A stretch of 64,000 nt of DNA from an uncultured Clostridia bacterium (GTDB lineage Bacteria > Bacillota > Clostridia > Christensenellales > Pumilibacteraceae). Shown here in pieces: positions 29,521 to 39,900 of the stretch (its first letter is position 1; each line of letters opens with the position of its first letter). The stretch lies in contig CAMUKG010000009.1 of the NCBI GenBank assembly GCA_947089425.1, forward strand, positions 775-64,774, written 5' to 3'. The translations under genes were made by a program, and so were the position numbers. The notes under the pieces were generated by a model. That model was not told the origin of the DNA. It did no database searches and saw only the letters and a list, made by a program, of their open reading frames with translations.

Positions 29521-30234
29521 ATGGAAACCGAACCGATTATACTTTACGAAGACAATCAAATAATAGTTGCGGTGAAACCGCACAACGTTCCCACGCAAGG
29601 CGATTCGAGCGGCGACCCCGATTTTTTGAACGCGATTAAGCAATATGTTAAGGTGAAATATAACAAACCGGGCAACGCGTTTATAGGGCTCGTTCACAGG
29701 CTCGACCGCCCGACGGGCGGCGTTATGGTGTTCGCTCGCAACAGTAAGTCGGCGGAGCGTCTCGGCGAGCAAATAAAAGCGGGCGAGTTCGATAAGAAGT
29801 ATTTGGCGGTTACGGTGGGCACCCCTCGCGACCGCAGAGCGCGGCTCGGGAATTGGCTCGTTAAAGACGAAAAAGAAAACGTCGTTCGAGTTGTTCCCGC
29901 AAAGTCGGACGGCGCCAAATTCGCCGAACTCGATTATAACGTGCTCGAATGTAACGAAAAAATGGCGCTTTCGGACGTTAAGCTTTACACGGGACGAAGC
30001 CATCAAATTCGCGTGCAACTTTCGAATATCGGCACTCCCGTATTCGGCGACGCAAAATACGGCGGCGACACTCTCGCCAAAGGCTATAACCTCGCTCTTT
30101 GGGCGTATCAACTCACGTTTACTCATCCCACGACCAAAGAGACTATGGTATTCAAAGTTTTTCCGCCGCTTGAAAAGACTCCTTGGAAGTTCTTTCAGGT
30201 GGAAAAATATATAAACACGGTAAAACCCGAATAA
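29521..30234 (+). CDS. RluA-family pseudouridine synthase
   Basis: KPHNV, HRLDRPTGG, TGRSHQIRVQL, GDAKYG. Confidence 0.9.
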   Translation: METEPIILYEDNQIIVAVKPHNVPTQGDSSGDPDFLNAIKQYVKVKYNKPGNAFIGLVHRLDRPTGGVMVFARNSKSAERLGEQIKAGEFDKKYLAVTVGTPRDRRARLGNWLVKDEKENVVRVVPAKSDGAKFAELDYNVLECNEKMALSDVKLYTGRSHQIRVQLSNIGTPVFGDAKYGGDTLAKGYNLALWAYQLTFTHPTTKETMVFKVFPPLEKTPWKFFQVEKYINTVKPE

Positions 30235-30271
30235 AACAACAGCCCCGAAAGGCGGGGCGAAGGAGAACCCT

Positions 30272-31792
30272 ATGCTAATTTACCCCTCTGTAGAAAGTCT
30301 GCTCTACTACGCGCAAGCGCATCTGCTTCTCGACGACCTCGATGTGATTTGGGCGCGCAATCTTTTGCTCGACGAACTCAAATTGCACGACTACGTTCAA
30401 TACGAAGTTGATTACGACGCAATCGAAGCACTCGACCGCCCCGACACCGTTCTCGAACCGCTTGTTGCTTACGCTGTGGAAAACGGCATAATATCGGAAG
30501 ACAAGCGCGAATATTTCGCGGGAAAACTCATGAACATAGTTTGCAAGCGTCCCGCCGAAGTTACCGATATTTTTAACGATTTGCACCGCAAGAGCCCCGC
30601 GAAGGCTTTCGATTGGCTTTACGATTACGGCATTAAGAGCGACTACATTAAGCTCACCAAAATAGGCGAGAACATAAAGTGGGACGCGAAAGGCACGCGC
30701 GGAAAACTTGAAATAACAATAAACACTTGCCGTCCCGAAAAGAGCAACAAAGAGACGGCGGAAGCGCTCAAATCGCAAAAAACGGAATATCCCGCTTGCA
30801 CCATTTGCAAAGAAAACGAGGGATTTGCTCACGGTTCGCAAATTCGCACCACTCTTCGCACCGTGCCCGTAGAGCTCGGCGGAGAAGAATGGTTTTGGCA
30901 ATTCTCGCCGTATGCCTACTTTAACCAACACGGCATTGCGGTAAACAGCGAGCACGTTCCCATGAAAATAGACGACGCTACAATCGATAAATTATTCGAC
31001 TTTGTCGACTTTATGCCAGGCTACTTTATAGGTTGCAACGCCGCGCTTCCTCGCGTGGGCGGCTCGGTGCTCACTCACGACCATTTTCAGGGTGGCGCGA
31101 AACTCATGCCCATGCACAAGGCGCCCGCTCTTATAAAGCTCAAAAACAAAGAATATCCGTATATCGATATGTGCGTAGTGGATTGGTACAATTCCGTTCT
31201 TCGCCTTTCTTGCTCCAACCGCGAGAAGCTCGAAGAGTTTGTGCAAAAGGTAAATAACGCTTGGGCTGATTACAGCGACGAAAGCGTGAGTATTATTGCG
31301 AAAACGGACGAGCAGCATAACGCGATTACGCCCATTGTGCGCAAGGCAGACGACAAATACGTGGTGGAAATCATATTCCGCAACAACCGCACGAGCAAAG
31401 AATATCCCGACGGAATTTTCCACGCTCATCCCGAATATCATAACATAAAGAGCGAAAGTATAGGGCTAATCGAAGCTATGGGGCTTTTCGTGCTTCCGGG
31501 CAGACTTGCAAGCCAAATTGCCGAAATAGAAAAATACCTCACCAAAGAGGAGAAATATTCGGAGAGCAAGCTTTCGCCCGACATGGCGTGCCACAAGCCT
31601 ATGATTGAAAAGCTTGTGAAGGCGGCGGGTAGCTCCAAGCTCAGCGCAGTTGAAGCTAAGCTCAACATAAAAGACGAAATCAACCGCGTTTGCGAGGAAA
31701 TTCTTGTGAATACCGCTGTGTTTAAGCCCGACGAGCAAGGCAAAGCGGCTTTCCTCAAATTCCTTTCCACGCTCGGCATAGAAGCGAAATAA
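30272..31792 (+). CDS. galT: Galactose-1-phosphate uridylyltransferase (type II)
   Basis: ITINTCRPEK, YPACTICKENEG, QFSPY-YFNQH, HDHFQGG, IGLIEAMG; no galK or galE adjacent. Confidence 0.88.
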   Translation: MLIYPSVESLLYYAQAHLLLDDLDVIWARNLLLDELKLHDYVQYEVDYDAIEALDRPDTVLEPLVAYAVENGIISEDKREYFAGKLMNIVCKRPAEVTDIFNDLHRKSPAKAFDWLYDYGIKSDYIKLTKIGENIKWDAKGTRGKLEITINTCRPEKSNKETAEALKSQKTEYPACTICKENEGFAHGSQIRTTLRTVPVELGGEEWFWQFSPYAYFNQHGIAVNSEHVPMKIDDATIDKLFDFVDFMPGYFIGCNAALPRVGGSVLTHDHFQGGAKLMPMHKAPALIKLKNKEYPYIDMCVVDWYNSVLRLSCSNREKLEEFVQKVNNAWADYSDESVSIIAKTDEQHNAITPIVRKADDKYVVEIIFRNNRTSKEYPDGIFHAHPEYHNIKSESIGLIEAMGLFVLPGRLASQIAEIEKYLTKEEKYSESKLSPDMACHKPMIEKLVKAAGSSKLSAVEAKLNIKDEINRVCEEILVNTAVFKPDEQGKAAFLKFLSTLGIEAK

Positions 31793-31910
31793 ACTGCATT
31801 TAAATAAATTTTTCCAAACAAAAAGAGCGTTTCGGCGTGCATAAAACCGCCGAAGCGCTTTTTTATACGCTTTTTACTCCATTTACATACATTTCCATAG
31901 GGCACCGGTA

Positions 31911-31939
31911 TTGACGATTTCGTCTTTTAATGTTAAAAT
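31911..31939 (+). promoter_or_regulatory. sigma-A promoter
   Basis: TTGACG-N17-TAAAAT with TGn extension. Confidence 0.7.
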
Positions 31940-31982
31940 CTATTTGAAAATTAAGGTTTCAACAGAATTTAGGAGGTAAAGT

Positions 31983-32912
31983 ATGAAAGATAAACTTTTG
32001 GCGATTGTGTGCGGCATTATAATGAGTTTGAGTTTCGCCGCATGTTCCGAGAACGACGGACAAGCTCCGAACGTTCCCGATTCTTTGCCGTCGGAAGAAT
32101 TGCCCGTGTTTCCCGACGAGCCGAGCGAACCCGATTCGCCGTCGGAAGAGGACCCCGATGAACCCGAAGCGCCGAGCGTGCCCGAAGTTCCCGAAACTCC
32201 GAACATTCCGAACGAGCCCGAAGTTCCGCCGCAAACCAACGAGCCTACTTCGCCCGAGCCTCCCGCACCGCCCAAACCGCAAGCCGACGAACTTGTGTCG
32301 AGCACGGTGAACGGACTCAACATTCGCAGCGGAGCGGGTGCGAAATATTCGGCTATCGGAACGCTCGATAAGCAAGATATGGCTATGCCCGTGCGAAAAG
32401 TGGGGAGTTGGTATGAAATTCAATACAAGAACAAACTCGGTTACGTTTCGTCCGCTTATGTCTCGCCCGTCAGTTTTGAAAAAGGCTCCAACGCAATAGA
32501 GCGCGTGATTGACGCAGGCAAAAAGTTGCTCGGATTGCCTTATGTGTTCGGCGCTCAACGCTATCATTGGGGCAACGGAGTGCTAAACACAAACTACGAC
32601 GGAAAAAGCTACGATTGTTCTTCTTTGATGCAGTACATATTCAAAAAGGGCGCGAACGTCAACCTTGCCATGACTTCGCGCGAACAAAGTCTGCAAGGCA
32701 ACTACGTGGCTAAAAAGGACATTCGCAGAGGCGACTTGCTGTTTTTCACAAACGCGTCGCGTTATAACAAAACGGGAGTGGAGCGCATAGGGCATGTGGC
32801 GCTGTATCTCGGCGACAACATTATTCTACACACAGCTTCCGACCACGCGGTTATTGAGCCTATGAGCGCTCAACGCCATAACTATTACATTACGGCGCGG
32901 CGAATAGTGTGA
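31983..32912 (+). CDS. Lipoprotein: Pro/Glu-rich linker, SH3b domain and NlpC/P60 peptidoglycan endopeptidase
   Basis: Lipobox FAAC; EP/PE-rich spacer; LNIRSGAG (SH3b); YDCSSLMQ and GHVALY catalytic Cys/His. Confidence 0.88.
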   Translation: MKDKLLAIVCGIIMSLSFAACSENDGQAPNVPDSLPSEELPVFPDEPSEPDSPSEEDPDEPEAPSVPEVPETPNIPNEPEVPPQTNEPTSPEPPAPPKPQADELVSSTVNGLNIRSGAGAKYSAIGTLDKQDMAMPVRKVGSWYEIQYKNKLGYVSSAYVSPVSFEKGSNAIERVIDAGKKLLGLPYVFGAQRYHWGNGVLNTNYDGKSYDCSSLMQYIFKKGANVNLAMTSREQSLQGNYVAKKDIRRGDLLFFTNASRYNKTGVERIGHVALYLGDNIILHTASDHAVIEPMSAQRHNYYITARRIV

Positions 32913-33098
32913 CAAACAAAATAATTTAATAAAAACTACGCGACGCTTGGGCTTTTTTTGCTCGGGCGTCGTTTTTTTACCGTTGCAATTTGCCGACATA
33001 ATCCGCGCGACGCTTACATATAAATAACCGACAACGGTAAACGCGAAAGATAAAACATGCAAAAGAAAAGAATACACGAAAAAACTGAGAGGTTTAAA

Positions 33099-34553
33099 AT
33101 GAAGATTAAAAGATTGAGCAAAGTGTTTGCATTGTTGTTGTGCGCGGCGTTTGCGCTCACGGCGTTCGCGGGGTGTAAGAACAAGGAGAGCGAGCCGCGT
33201 AGCGCCTACACTATCACGGCGGAAGTGAACACGCAAGACATGACGGTTACGGCTTTGTGCGAAATCGACTATGTTAACCGCACCGAAGTTGAACTCTGCG
33301 AAGTTTGGTTCCATTTGTATCCCGCCGCTTATCGCGACGGCGCGAGTTTCACTCCCGTAACGGCGTCCGAAACGGGGAGCGCATATCCTAACGGCATATC
33401 TTACGGCGGAATAGAAATAAACGGCGTTGCGGGCGGCGAATACGAAATCGGCGGCAGAGACGACGACATTCTTATTGTGAAGCTTCCTCAAAGCATAATG
33501 CCCACACAGCATGCCAAAGTCACGGTGGACTACAAACTCAAATTGCCGAATATGCGCCACCGCTTCGGCTACGAAAACGACACCATAAACTTAGGCAATT
33601 GGTTCCCGATAGAATGCGTTTACGACGGCGGCTTCGACGATTCGCCTTATTACAGCAACGGCGACCCGTTTAATTTGCCCGTTTGCGATTACAACGTGAA
33701 AATAACCGCGCCAAAAGATTACATTGTGGCAATGCCCGCGCCCGCCACTCGCGCTGAAAACGGCGAGCAAGCATCCACAAGTTGCACGCTCAATAAGGCG
33801 CGCGATTTTGCGGCGGTGCTCGGCAAATTCCAAACGCTTTCGGGCGACGCGAACGGCGTGAGCGTTAACTACTATTACACTGCCGACGACAAAGCCGAAG
33901 AGCATTTAAAAGCGGCGTGCGATTCTCTTTCGTATTTTTCCGACAGTTTCGGCGCGTATCCTTATGCGTCGTATAGCGTGGTTCAAACTGCGTTCAATCA
34001 AGGCGGAATGGAATACACGGGGCTTGTGTATGTTTCCGACTCCGCCCGCGACGCTATGATTACCGAAGTTATAGTGCATGAAACGGCGCACCAATGGTGG
34101 TATGGAATAGTGGGGAACAATCAAGTTAAACACGCTTGGCTCGACGAAGCTCTCGCCGAATTTTCCACAACTCTGTTTTATAAAAACAATTCCGATTACG
34201 GCGTGAAATACGACGACAGAATTGCCGACGCTATGGGCGGGTTCACTCTGTTTTGCGAGCTCGGCAAAGTGTCGGACACTTCTATGGACCGCAGTCTCGG
34301 CGACTTTACGAGTTCTACCGAATACACCTATATGACTTACGTTAAAGGTCAGCTCATGTACGACAGCCTTATGAAAACGCTCGGAGAGAAAACTCTCGTT
34401 GCGGGGCTCAAAAATTATGCGAGCAAGTGCGCTTTCACCACCGCCGAGCCGGATAATTTAATAGCGTGCTTGGAGCAAACTTCGAAGCGCGAACTCAAAT
34501 CTTTTATAAGCGGATTTGTGGACGGAACTGTTAAGCTTTACAGCATAAATTAA
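33099..34553 (+). CDS. M1-family zinc aminopeptidase lipoprotein
   Basis: Lipobox FAGC; GGMEY, HETAHQWW, WLDEALAE; ATG 33099 behind GAGAGG. Confidence 0.85.
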   Translation: MKIKRLSKVFALLLCAAFALTAFAGCKNKESEPRSAYTITAEVNTQDMTVTALCEIDYVNRTEVELCEVWFHLYPAAYRDGASFTPVTASETGSAYPNGISYGGIEINGVAGGEYEIGGRDDDILIVKLPQSIMPTQHAKVTVDYKLKLPNMRHRFGYENDTINLGNWFPIECVYDGGFDDSPYYSNGDPFNLPVCDYNVKITAPKDYIVAMPAPATRAENGEQASTSCTLNKARDFAAVLGKFQTLSGDANGVSVNYYYTADDKAEEHLKAACDSLSYFSDSFGAYPYASYSVVQTAFNQGGMEYTGLVYVSDSARDAMITEVIVHETAHQWWYGIVGNNQVKHAWLDEALAEFSTTLFYKNNSDYGVKYDDRIADAMGGFTLFCELGKVSDTSMDRSLGDFTSSTEYTYMTYVKGQLMYDSLMKTLGEKTLVAGLKNYASKCAFTTAEPDNLIACLEQTSKRELKSFISGFVDGTVKLYSIN

Positions 34554-34576
34554 ACCGCAAAGGGGAAAGACGGCAA

Positions 34577-35275
34577 ATGTTTATAACACTTAAAAGACGC
34601 AATATTTTGATAGGGCTTTTGGTTGTCGCGCTCACCGTAGGGCTGTGCTTTGCGGTTACGGCAACCGCCACGAGCGCGTATTCGGTGCCCAAAACGGGCA
34701 AAACCGTAATTATAGACGCAGGGCACGGCGGCGCCGACGGCGGCGTTGTGGGAGTTACAACGTCGGTGAAAGAAAGCGACATAAATCTTTCAATCGCGCG
34801 CTCGCTGAAACATTTTCTTAAAACTAAGGGTTACGACGTTGTTATGACGCGCACAACAACCGACGGTTTATACGGCATGACAACCAAAAACAAAAAACTC
34901 AAAGACATGCAAGAGCGCAAAAAGATTATAGAGGAAACGAAAGCCGATTTGGTAGTGTCGGTGCATTGCAATTCGTATCCTCGTCGCGACCAAGTGGGCG
35001 CGCAAGTGTTTTACGCTCCCGGCAGCGAAGACGGGAAACAAAAAGCGGACATTATGCAAAATATTTTAAAAGCCACGCTCGACACCGAGCGAACCGCAAT
35101 GAGCGGCGACTACTTTATATTGCAGTGTTCTAAGACTCCTTCGCTTTTGGTGGAATGCGGATTTTTAACCACTCCGAGCGAAGAGAAAAAACTCGTTTCG
35201 GCATCTTATCAAGAAAAAGTTGCATACGCGATTTTTACGGGAATACACACAATTCTCGGCGAAGAAAACGCGTAA
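34577..35275 (+). CDS. cwlD: N-acetylmuramoyl-L-alanine amidase (Amidase_3), CwlD-like
   Basis: IIDAGHGG-DGG, ESDINL, SVHCNS, VECGFL; N-terminal TM. The CwlD identity is inferred from size and architecture. Confidence 0.65.
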   Translation: MFITLKRRNILIGLLVVALTVGLCFAVTATATSAYSVPKTGKTVIIDAGHGGADGGVVGVTTSVKESDINLSIARSLKHFLKTKGYDVVMTRTTTDGLYGMTTKNKKLKDMQERKKIIEETKADLVVSVHCNSYPRRDQVGAQVFYAPGSEDGKQKADIMQNILKATLDTERTAMSGDYFILQCSKTPSLLVECGFLTTPSEEKKLVSASYQEKVAYAIFTGIHTILGEENA

Positions 35276-35278
35276 TAG

Positions 35279-35590
35279 TCTATGTTGTCGTTAAGCGTAA
35301 CGAATCGAATGTTGTATAACGGAAACACATAGTCGAGGTACTGACCATTATATAGTTTCTGCCGAAACGCGACATATCATTGACGAGAATAGTATTTATT
35401 ATTCCTTGATTGGCGTCTTCGAGCAATCGCTTTACGTCCGGACGCTCGAAAGCAGTTCCCGAAATGCCGTCGTCCACATAGACGTTGTGGAGCGTCCGGC
35501 CTTGTTTGTCTATGTATTCCGAAAGGATAGCCTTTTGGTTTTCTATGGACAAAGACTCGCCGGCGCATTCGTCATCTATACTTACTGGAA
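35279..35590 (-). pseudogene. Frameshifted, truncated large serine recombinase (N-terminal catalytic domain only)
   Basis: DDECAGESLSIENQK..YVDDGISGTAFERPD..DMSRFGRNY, continuing after a frameshift as GQYLDYVFPLYNIRFVTLNDNID and ending at the amidase stop; the YxRxS start motif is degenerate. Confidence 0.85.
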
Positions 35591-35829
35591 TTACGGGCGA
35601 CGAAATCGCTTACCGACAAGGCGACGGCGTTTGCATTATTCCTACGGTTGTCTGAAAGATTAAACATCATAATTTGCAAATTGCACGTTCGGCATCCGCC
35701 AAAGAGCATATACTCACCGCGTTCTCGATTTTTCCGTCAAATGAGAGTAAAAGCATTGCGCAAACAACGAATTGTCAAGTGGATTTTTAGAAAAAGTTTG
35801 AAAAAATTCAAAAAAAATGCCAAAAACGC

Positions 35830-35859
35830 TTGACAATTGTGTAAAGGTAGATTTATAAT
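35830..35859 (+). promoter_or_regulatory. sigma-A promoter of the fructan operon
   Basis: TTGACA-N18-TATAAT. Confidence 0.8.
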
Positions 35860-35864
35860 GCAAA

Positions 35865-35878
35865 TGGAATCGTTTCCA
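35865..35878. promoter_or_regulatory. LacI-type operator 1
   Basis: TGGAATCGTTTCCA near-palindrome at the predicted +1. Confidence 0.7.
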
Positions 35879-35952
35879 AACAGATATGATTTTTGTTGAA
35901 ACGAAATTTATTTAATTTTTGCAGCGGCACGTTGTATTTGATGAGGTAATTT

Positions 35953-36861
35953 ATGATACTTTGTGTGGGCGAAATTTTGGCGGATATGATAGGAATCGGC
36001 AAAGGCGGTGCGTTTAGTTATGAACGCAAAGCCGGCGGCGCGCCTTTTAATGTAGCTTGCGCTGTAAAAAAGCTCGGTTCGTCAGTAGGTTTTGTAGGGG
36101 CGGTTGGCGATGATATTATAGGCGACTATCTTATTGATTTTGCCGGAGAGCGCGGCTTTGACTACACTCTTATCGAAAAAAGGGAAAACGAGAATACAAC
36201 GCTTGCTTTTGTGAATATAGACGACTCGGGCGAGCGTTCGTTTTGCTTTTATCGCAAAAACACGGCTGACTATTTGTTGCCGAATGTAAGCGAGCGGATA
36301 ATAGAGACATCGAGTATAGTACATATAGGTTCGCTTATGCTGTCGGAAGAAGCGGGACGCAAAACGGCGCTCGCTCTTTGCGAGCGTGCGCACAAAATGG
36401 GCAAAACTGTGAGTTTCGACGTAAATTTTCGTTCGGATATTTTCCGCGACGCCGAAAGCGCGGTTAAGGCGTACAAGAAAATTATAGAATTAGCCGACGT
36501 TTTGAAATTTTCGGAAGACGAAGTTAATATTTTCGGAGAAGAATACGTTTGCGGTTTGACCGACAAACTGATATGCGTAAGCTTAGGTAGCAAGGGAAGT
36601 AGGTGGCAATATAACGGAAAAAGCGAAATTATTTCGTCGGTAAAAGTAAAACCGATAGATACTACCGGAGCGGGCGACGCGTTTTACGGCGGTATTTTGC
36701 ATTGTTTGGACGGAATAAATATAAAAAATCTTACAGTAAAACAGCTGAATGAAATATTGGCTTTTGCCAACGTGTGCGGCGCGCTTAATACTCTTAAAAA
36801 AGGGGCGATAGACGGCTTGCCCGATAAAGACACTGTAGTTCAAACGTTAAGAAAAGCATAA
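35953..36861 (+). CDS. PfkB-family carbohydrate kinase (probable fructokinase)
   Basis: GGAPFNVA, FDVNFR, DTTGAGDAF; lies in a GH32 operon. Confidence 0.85.
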   Translation: MILCVGEILADMIGIGKGGAFSYERKAGGAPFNVACAVKKLGSSVGFVGAVGDDIIGDYLIDFAGERGFDYTLIEKRENENTTLAFVNIDDSGERSFCFYRKNTADYLLPNVSERIIETSSIVHIGSLMLSEEAGRKTALALCERAHKMGKTVSFDVNFRSDIFRDAESAVKAYKKIIELADVLKFSEDEVNIFGEEYVCGLTDKLICVSLGSKGSRWQYNGKSEIISSVKVKPIDTTGAGDAFYGGILHCLDGINIKNLTVKQLNEILAFANVCGALNTLKKGAIDGLPDKDTVVQTLRKA

Positions 36862-36883
36862 ATAAAAATTTTTATGTAAAATT

Positions 36884-36896
36884 TGGAATCGATTCC
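36884..36896. promoter_or_regulatory. LacI-type operator 2
   Basis: T-GGAATCGATTCC (perfect 12-bp palindrome) 14 nt upstream of the large GH32 start. Confidence 0.7.
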
Positions 36897-36910
36897 GTGA
36901 GGTGGAAAAA

Positions 36911-39900
36911 ATGAGTGCGAATAAGCAAGTCGGAAAGTTGAGTTTGTGGTGCATAACGGTTGTTCTTTTTGCGTGCGCTATTGCCGCAACTGTTACGTGC
37001 GCGCCTAAACAAAAGGCGTATGCGGCGCAAATTTCGGTAGAGGGTGCGGGCGACGCGTTCGTGTATTCCGAAGAGAGTTATGAAGCGGACGAAAGCTTTG
37101 CGTATGTTTCTACCGCTTGCTTCGAACGCGGAAATGCCGCAGGGCTTGTGTTCGGCGGCAAAGAAAACGACAGTTGTTTTGTTTTTAACGTAGACAGAGC
37201 GAACAACTTAGTAAAACTTATGTACTTTTACAATATGGCGGAAGATAAAAAAGTTGCGGTGCTTAAAGAAGAATACTATGTGGGAAGCAAGATAATGAAC
37301 GACGGCGAGAAAAGCTACGTGCAAAGCCGTACCGCAAATTTAGATAAAGTGTATTTGAAAGTTACCGTGAACGGCGACGGTACCGCCGAATTTTACGCCG
37401 ACGGAATACGCCGTTTTGCGTTCGTGGACGGAAGCAAACCTGCCGCCGAAATAAATTTGAATTCTTTTAAGCTCGAAGACGAAACTCCGATACGATATGA
37501 CGGCGGACTTTTGGGATATAATTGTTTTAATGCAAAAGTGAGTTTTACCGACACGCTTATAGGCAAAATGGATTACGGATATTACGGAGAGTTATATCGC
37601 AATCAATATCACTTTTCGCAATTTGCGCATTGGAACAACGACCCTAACGGATTGGTGTATTACAACGGATATTATCATTTATATTTTCAACACAATCCTT
37701 ACGGCAATACATGGGATGCAATGCACTGGGGACACGCGCGCAGCACAGATTTGGTGCATTGGGAACTGCTGCCCATAGCTTTGGTGCCCGACCGTGATTT
37801 ATCTGTCGACGTAGGCGCAATGTGGTCGGGTAGCGCAAGAGTTTATCATAAAGGCGACAGCGGCGTAATAGACGGCTATAATTGGTTTGACGCTACCGAT
37901 AAGCAAAAAGGCGACGCTCTCGGTTTAATAGCGTATTACACCCGTTTCGATAATGGAGGCAACAGACATCAAATTTTAGCGTATTCCACCGATGGCGGAC
38001 TTAGTTGGAACAAACGCGATAATATTAAAAGTACGGTATCTCTCGATTTGCAAGGCAATCCCGTAAACGGGGGATCGTGGCGCGACCCGAAAATATTCGA
38101 TATATCCGCTCTCAACGGGGTTGGCGATTACAAATGGGGAATGGCGCTTACCGATATGGAAGACAATACGTTGTTCTTCCTCAAATCCAAAAATCTTGTG
38201 AGTTGGGAACATGCGGGAAGTTATTTCGTTTATCGCCCCGAATGCCCCGACGTGTTTACGCTGTCTACCGACGACGAAACGGAACATACCGTAATAACGT
38301 TTACTTCGCGTTACTACGTAGTGTGCGATTTGGCTTACGAAAACGGCAAAATCGTAATGAAAGAGCCTAAGGCGGATAATCCCGCCACAATCGAAAGATT
38401 GGATAGAAACAGCGAATATTTGCAAATTATGGATTATGGCGTAGATTCGTATGCGGGGCAAACTTTTTACATCGACGCAAATTCCGACAGCGAATATAAA
38501 GGTGAATCGGTGGGGTTGAGCTGGTTTTCGGGTGTTCCGAACGACGATAAGTCGATAGAGAGCGGAGTTTTGCAGACGGCGCGTAAGATATGGAACGGCG
38601 GAGGCATGACCGTTCCGGTGGTTTACGGCTTACGAAAATCGGGCGAAAAATATGTTCTCACGTCTACGCCGATTACCGTAGACAACGAAAGCGATTTTGC
38701 CAAAACGCGACTTAACGGTATAGATGATATAAACGGGCATTGTTTCGAAATATCCGCAACGGTGCAAAACGACGGAGCCGAGCCTGTGTATTTCAGAATA
38801 AACGGCAGTGCGGACGGAACGCGCTATACCGAAATAGGCTGGAATTCGCAGGACGGATATTATGTGGACCGAACTTATACCGAAGACGCCGGCATAAACT
38901 TTCCTTTACCGAATTACGCATGCAAGTACGTTTCGAATATGGGTAAATCGAACAAGACGTTGGAATTTTACATTCTTTCTGACAACGGCGGCGTTGAAGT
39001 GTATTGCGACGGGTTCACCGTTCCGTTCTACATTTTAACGTTTGCTTCACCGTATTCGGTAAAAGCAACGTTTACTGCCGATTCGTCGGCAAACGCGGAA
39101 TTGACTGTAAACGAAATAGCGTCGGTGTGGCGCGGCGAGAGCGAGGAAACGCTAATCAATATTTCGGACATGCAAATAGATTTGGGGGCGGAACTCGGTC
39201 AGTCGCAAATCGTAACGGCATATGCGCAAGGAAAGGAAATTGAGTGGGAAGTCGTGGAAGGTACGGATATTATAGAAGTGAAGCCAACTTCTACGGGCGC
39301 CGAAATCATAGGCAAAAAGGCGGGCTCGGCACGCGTAAAAGTTTCTGCGGGATTGAGCAGCCGAACAATAGACGTAACGGTTCACAGCGGAAAGGCGGAA
39401 AGCGATTTTACTTTTACTACCGACGGTATAGTGTCGGGTAGGTGGTATTATAGCGGCAACTCGCTTATAGGCGAGCAATCGGGCGGCGACGGATTTATTC
39501 TCGCAAACGAGAGCGGCGGAGACTTTACTTATACCGCGCAATTCGATTTGGGAAGCGGAGCGGCCGCCGCGCTTGTGTTCAGAGCTACCGCCGAAAACGG
39601 CAAACTCACGAGCTACCTAATTGCGAATTACGACAATAATTCCAAGATAGTTAAGCTGTGGTCGCAAAACGGAGAGCTCGCTAACGTTCCCGCCGGAAAT
39701 CCGAATATCGAAAATCTTGTGCTTACGGCGGAAACCAAAGGCAAAAACGTGAAAGTGTATCTTAACGGAAACAAGCTTATAGACTGTGTCGTACGCGATA
39801 CCGACCCCGTAAGCGGCAAATTCGGTCTTAACGTATGCGCGACGCGCGCGGCATTTTCGTTGATTACCGTGCAAAAGAGCGAATACGGTTATTCGGGTAG

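Noticed and set aside
32050-32290. Pro/Glu-rich repetitive DNA in the NlpC/P60 gene and the acidic region at about 62200-62560
   Set aside because: Ordinary low-complexity protein linkers, not CRISPR or tandem DNA arrays.
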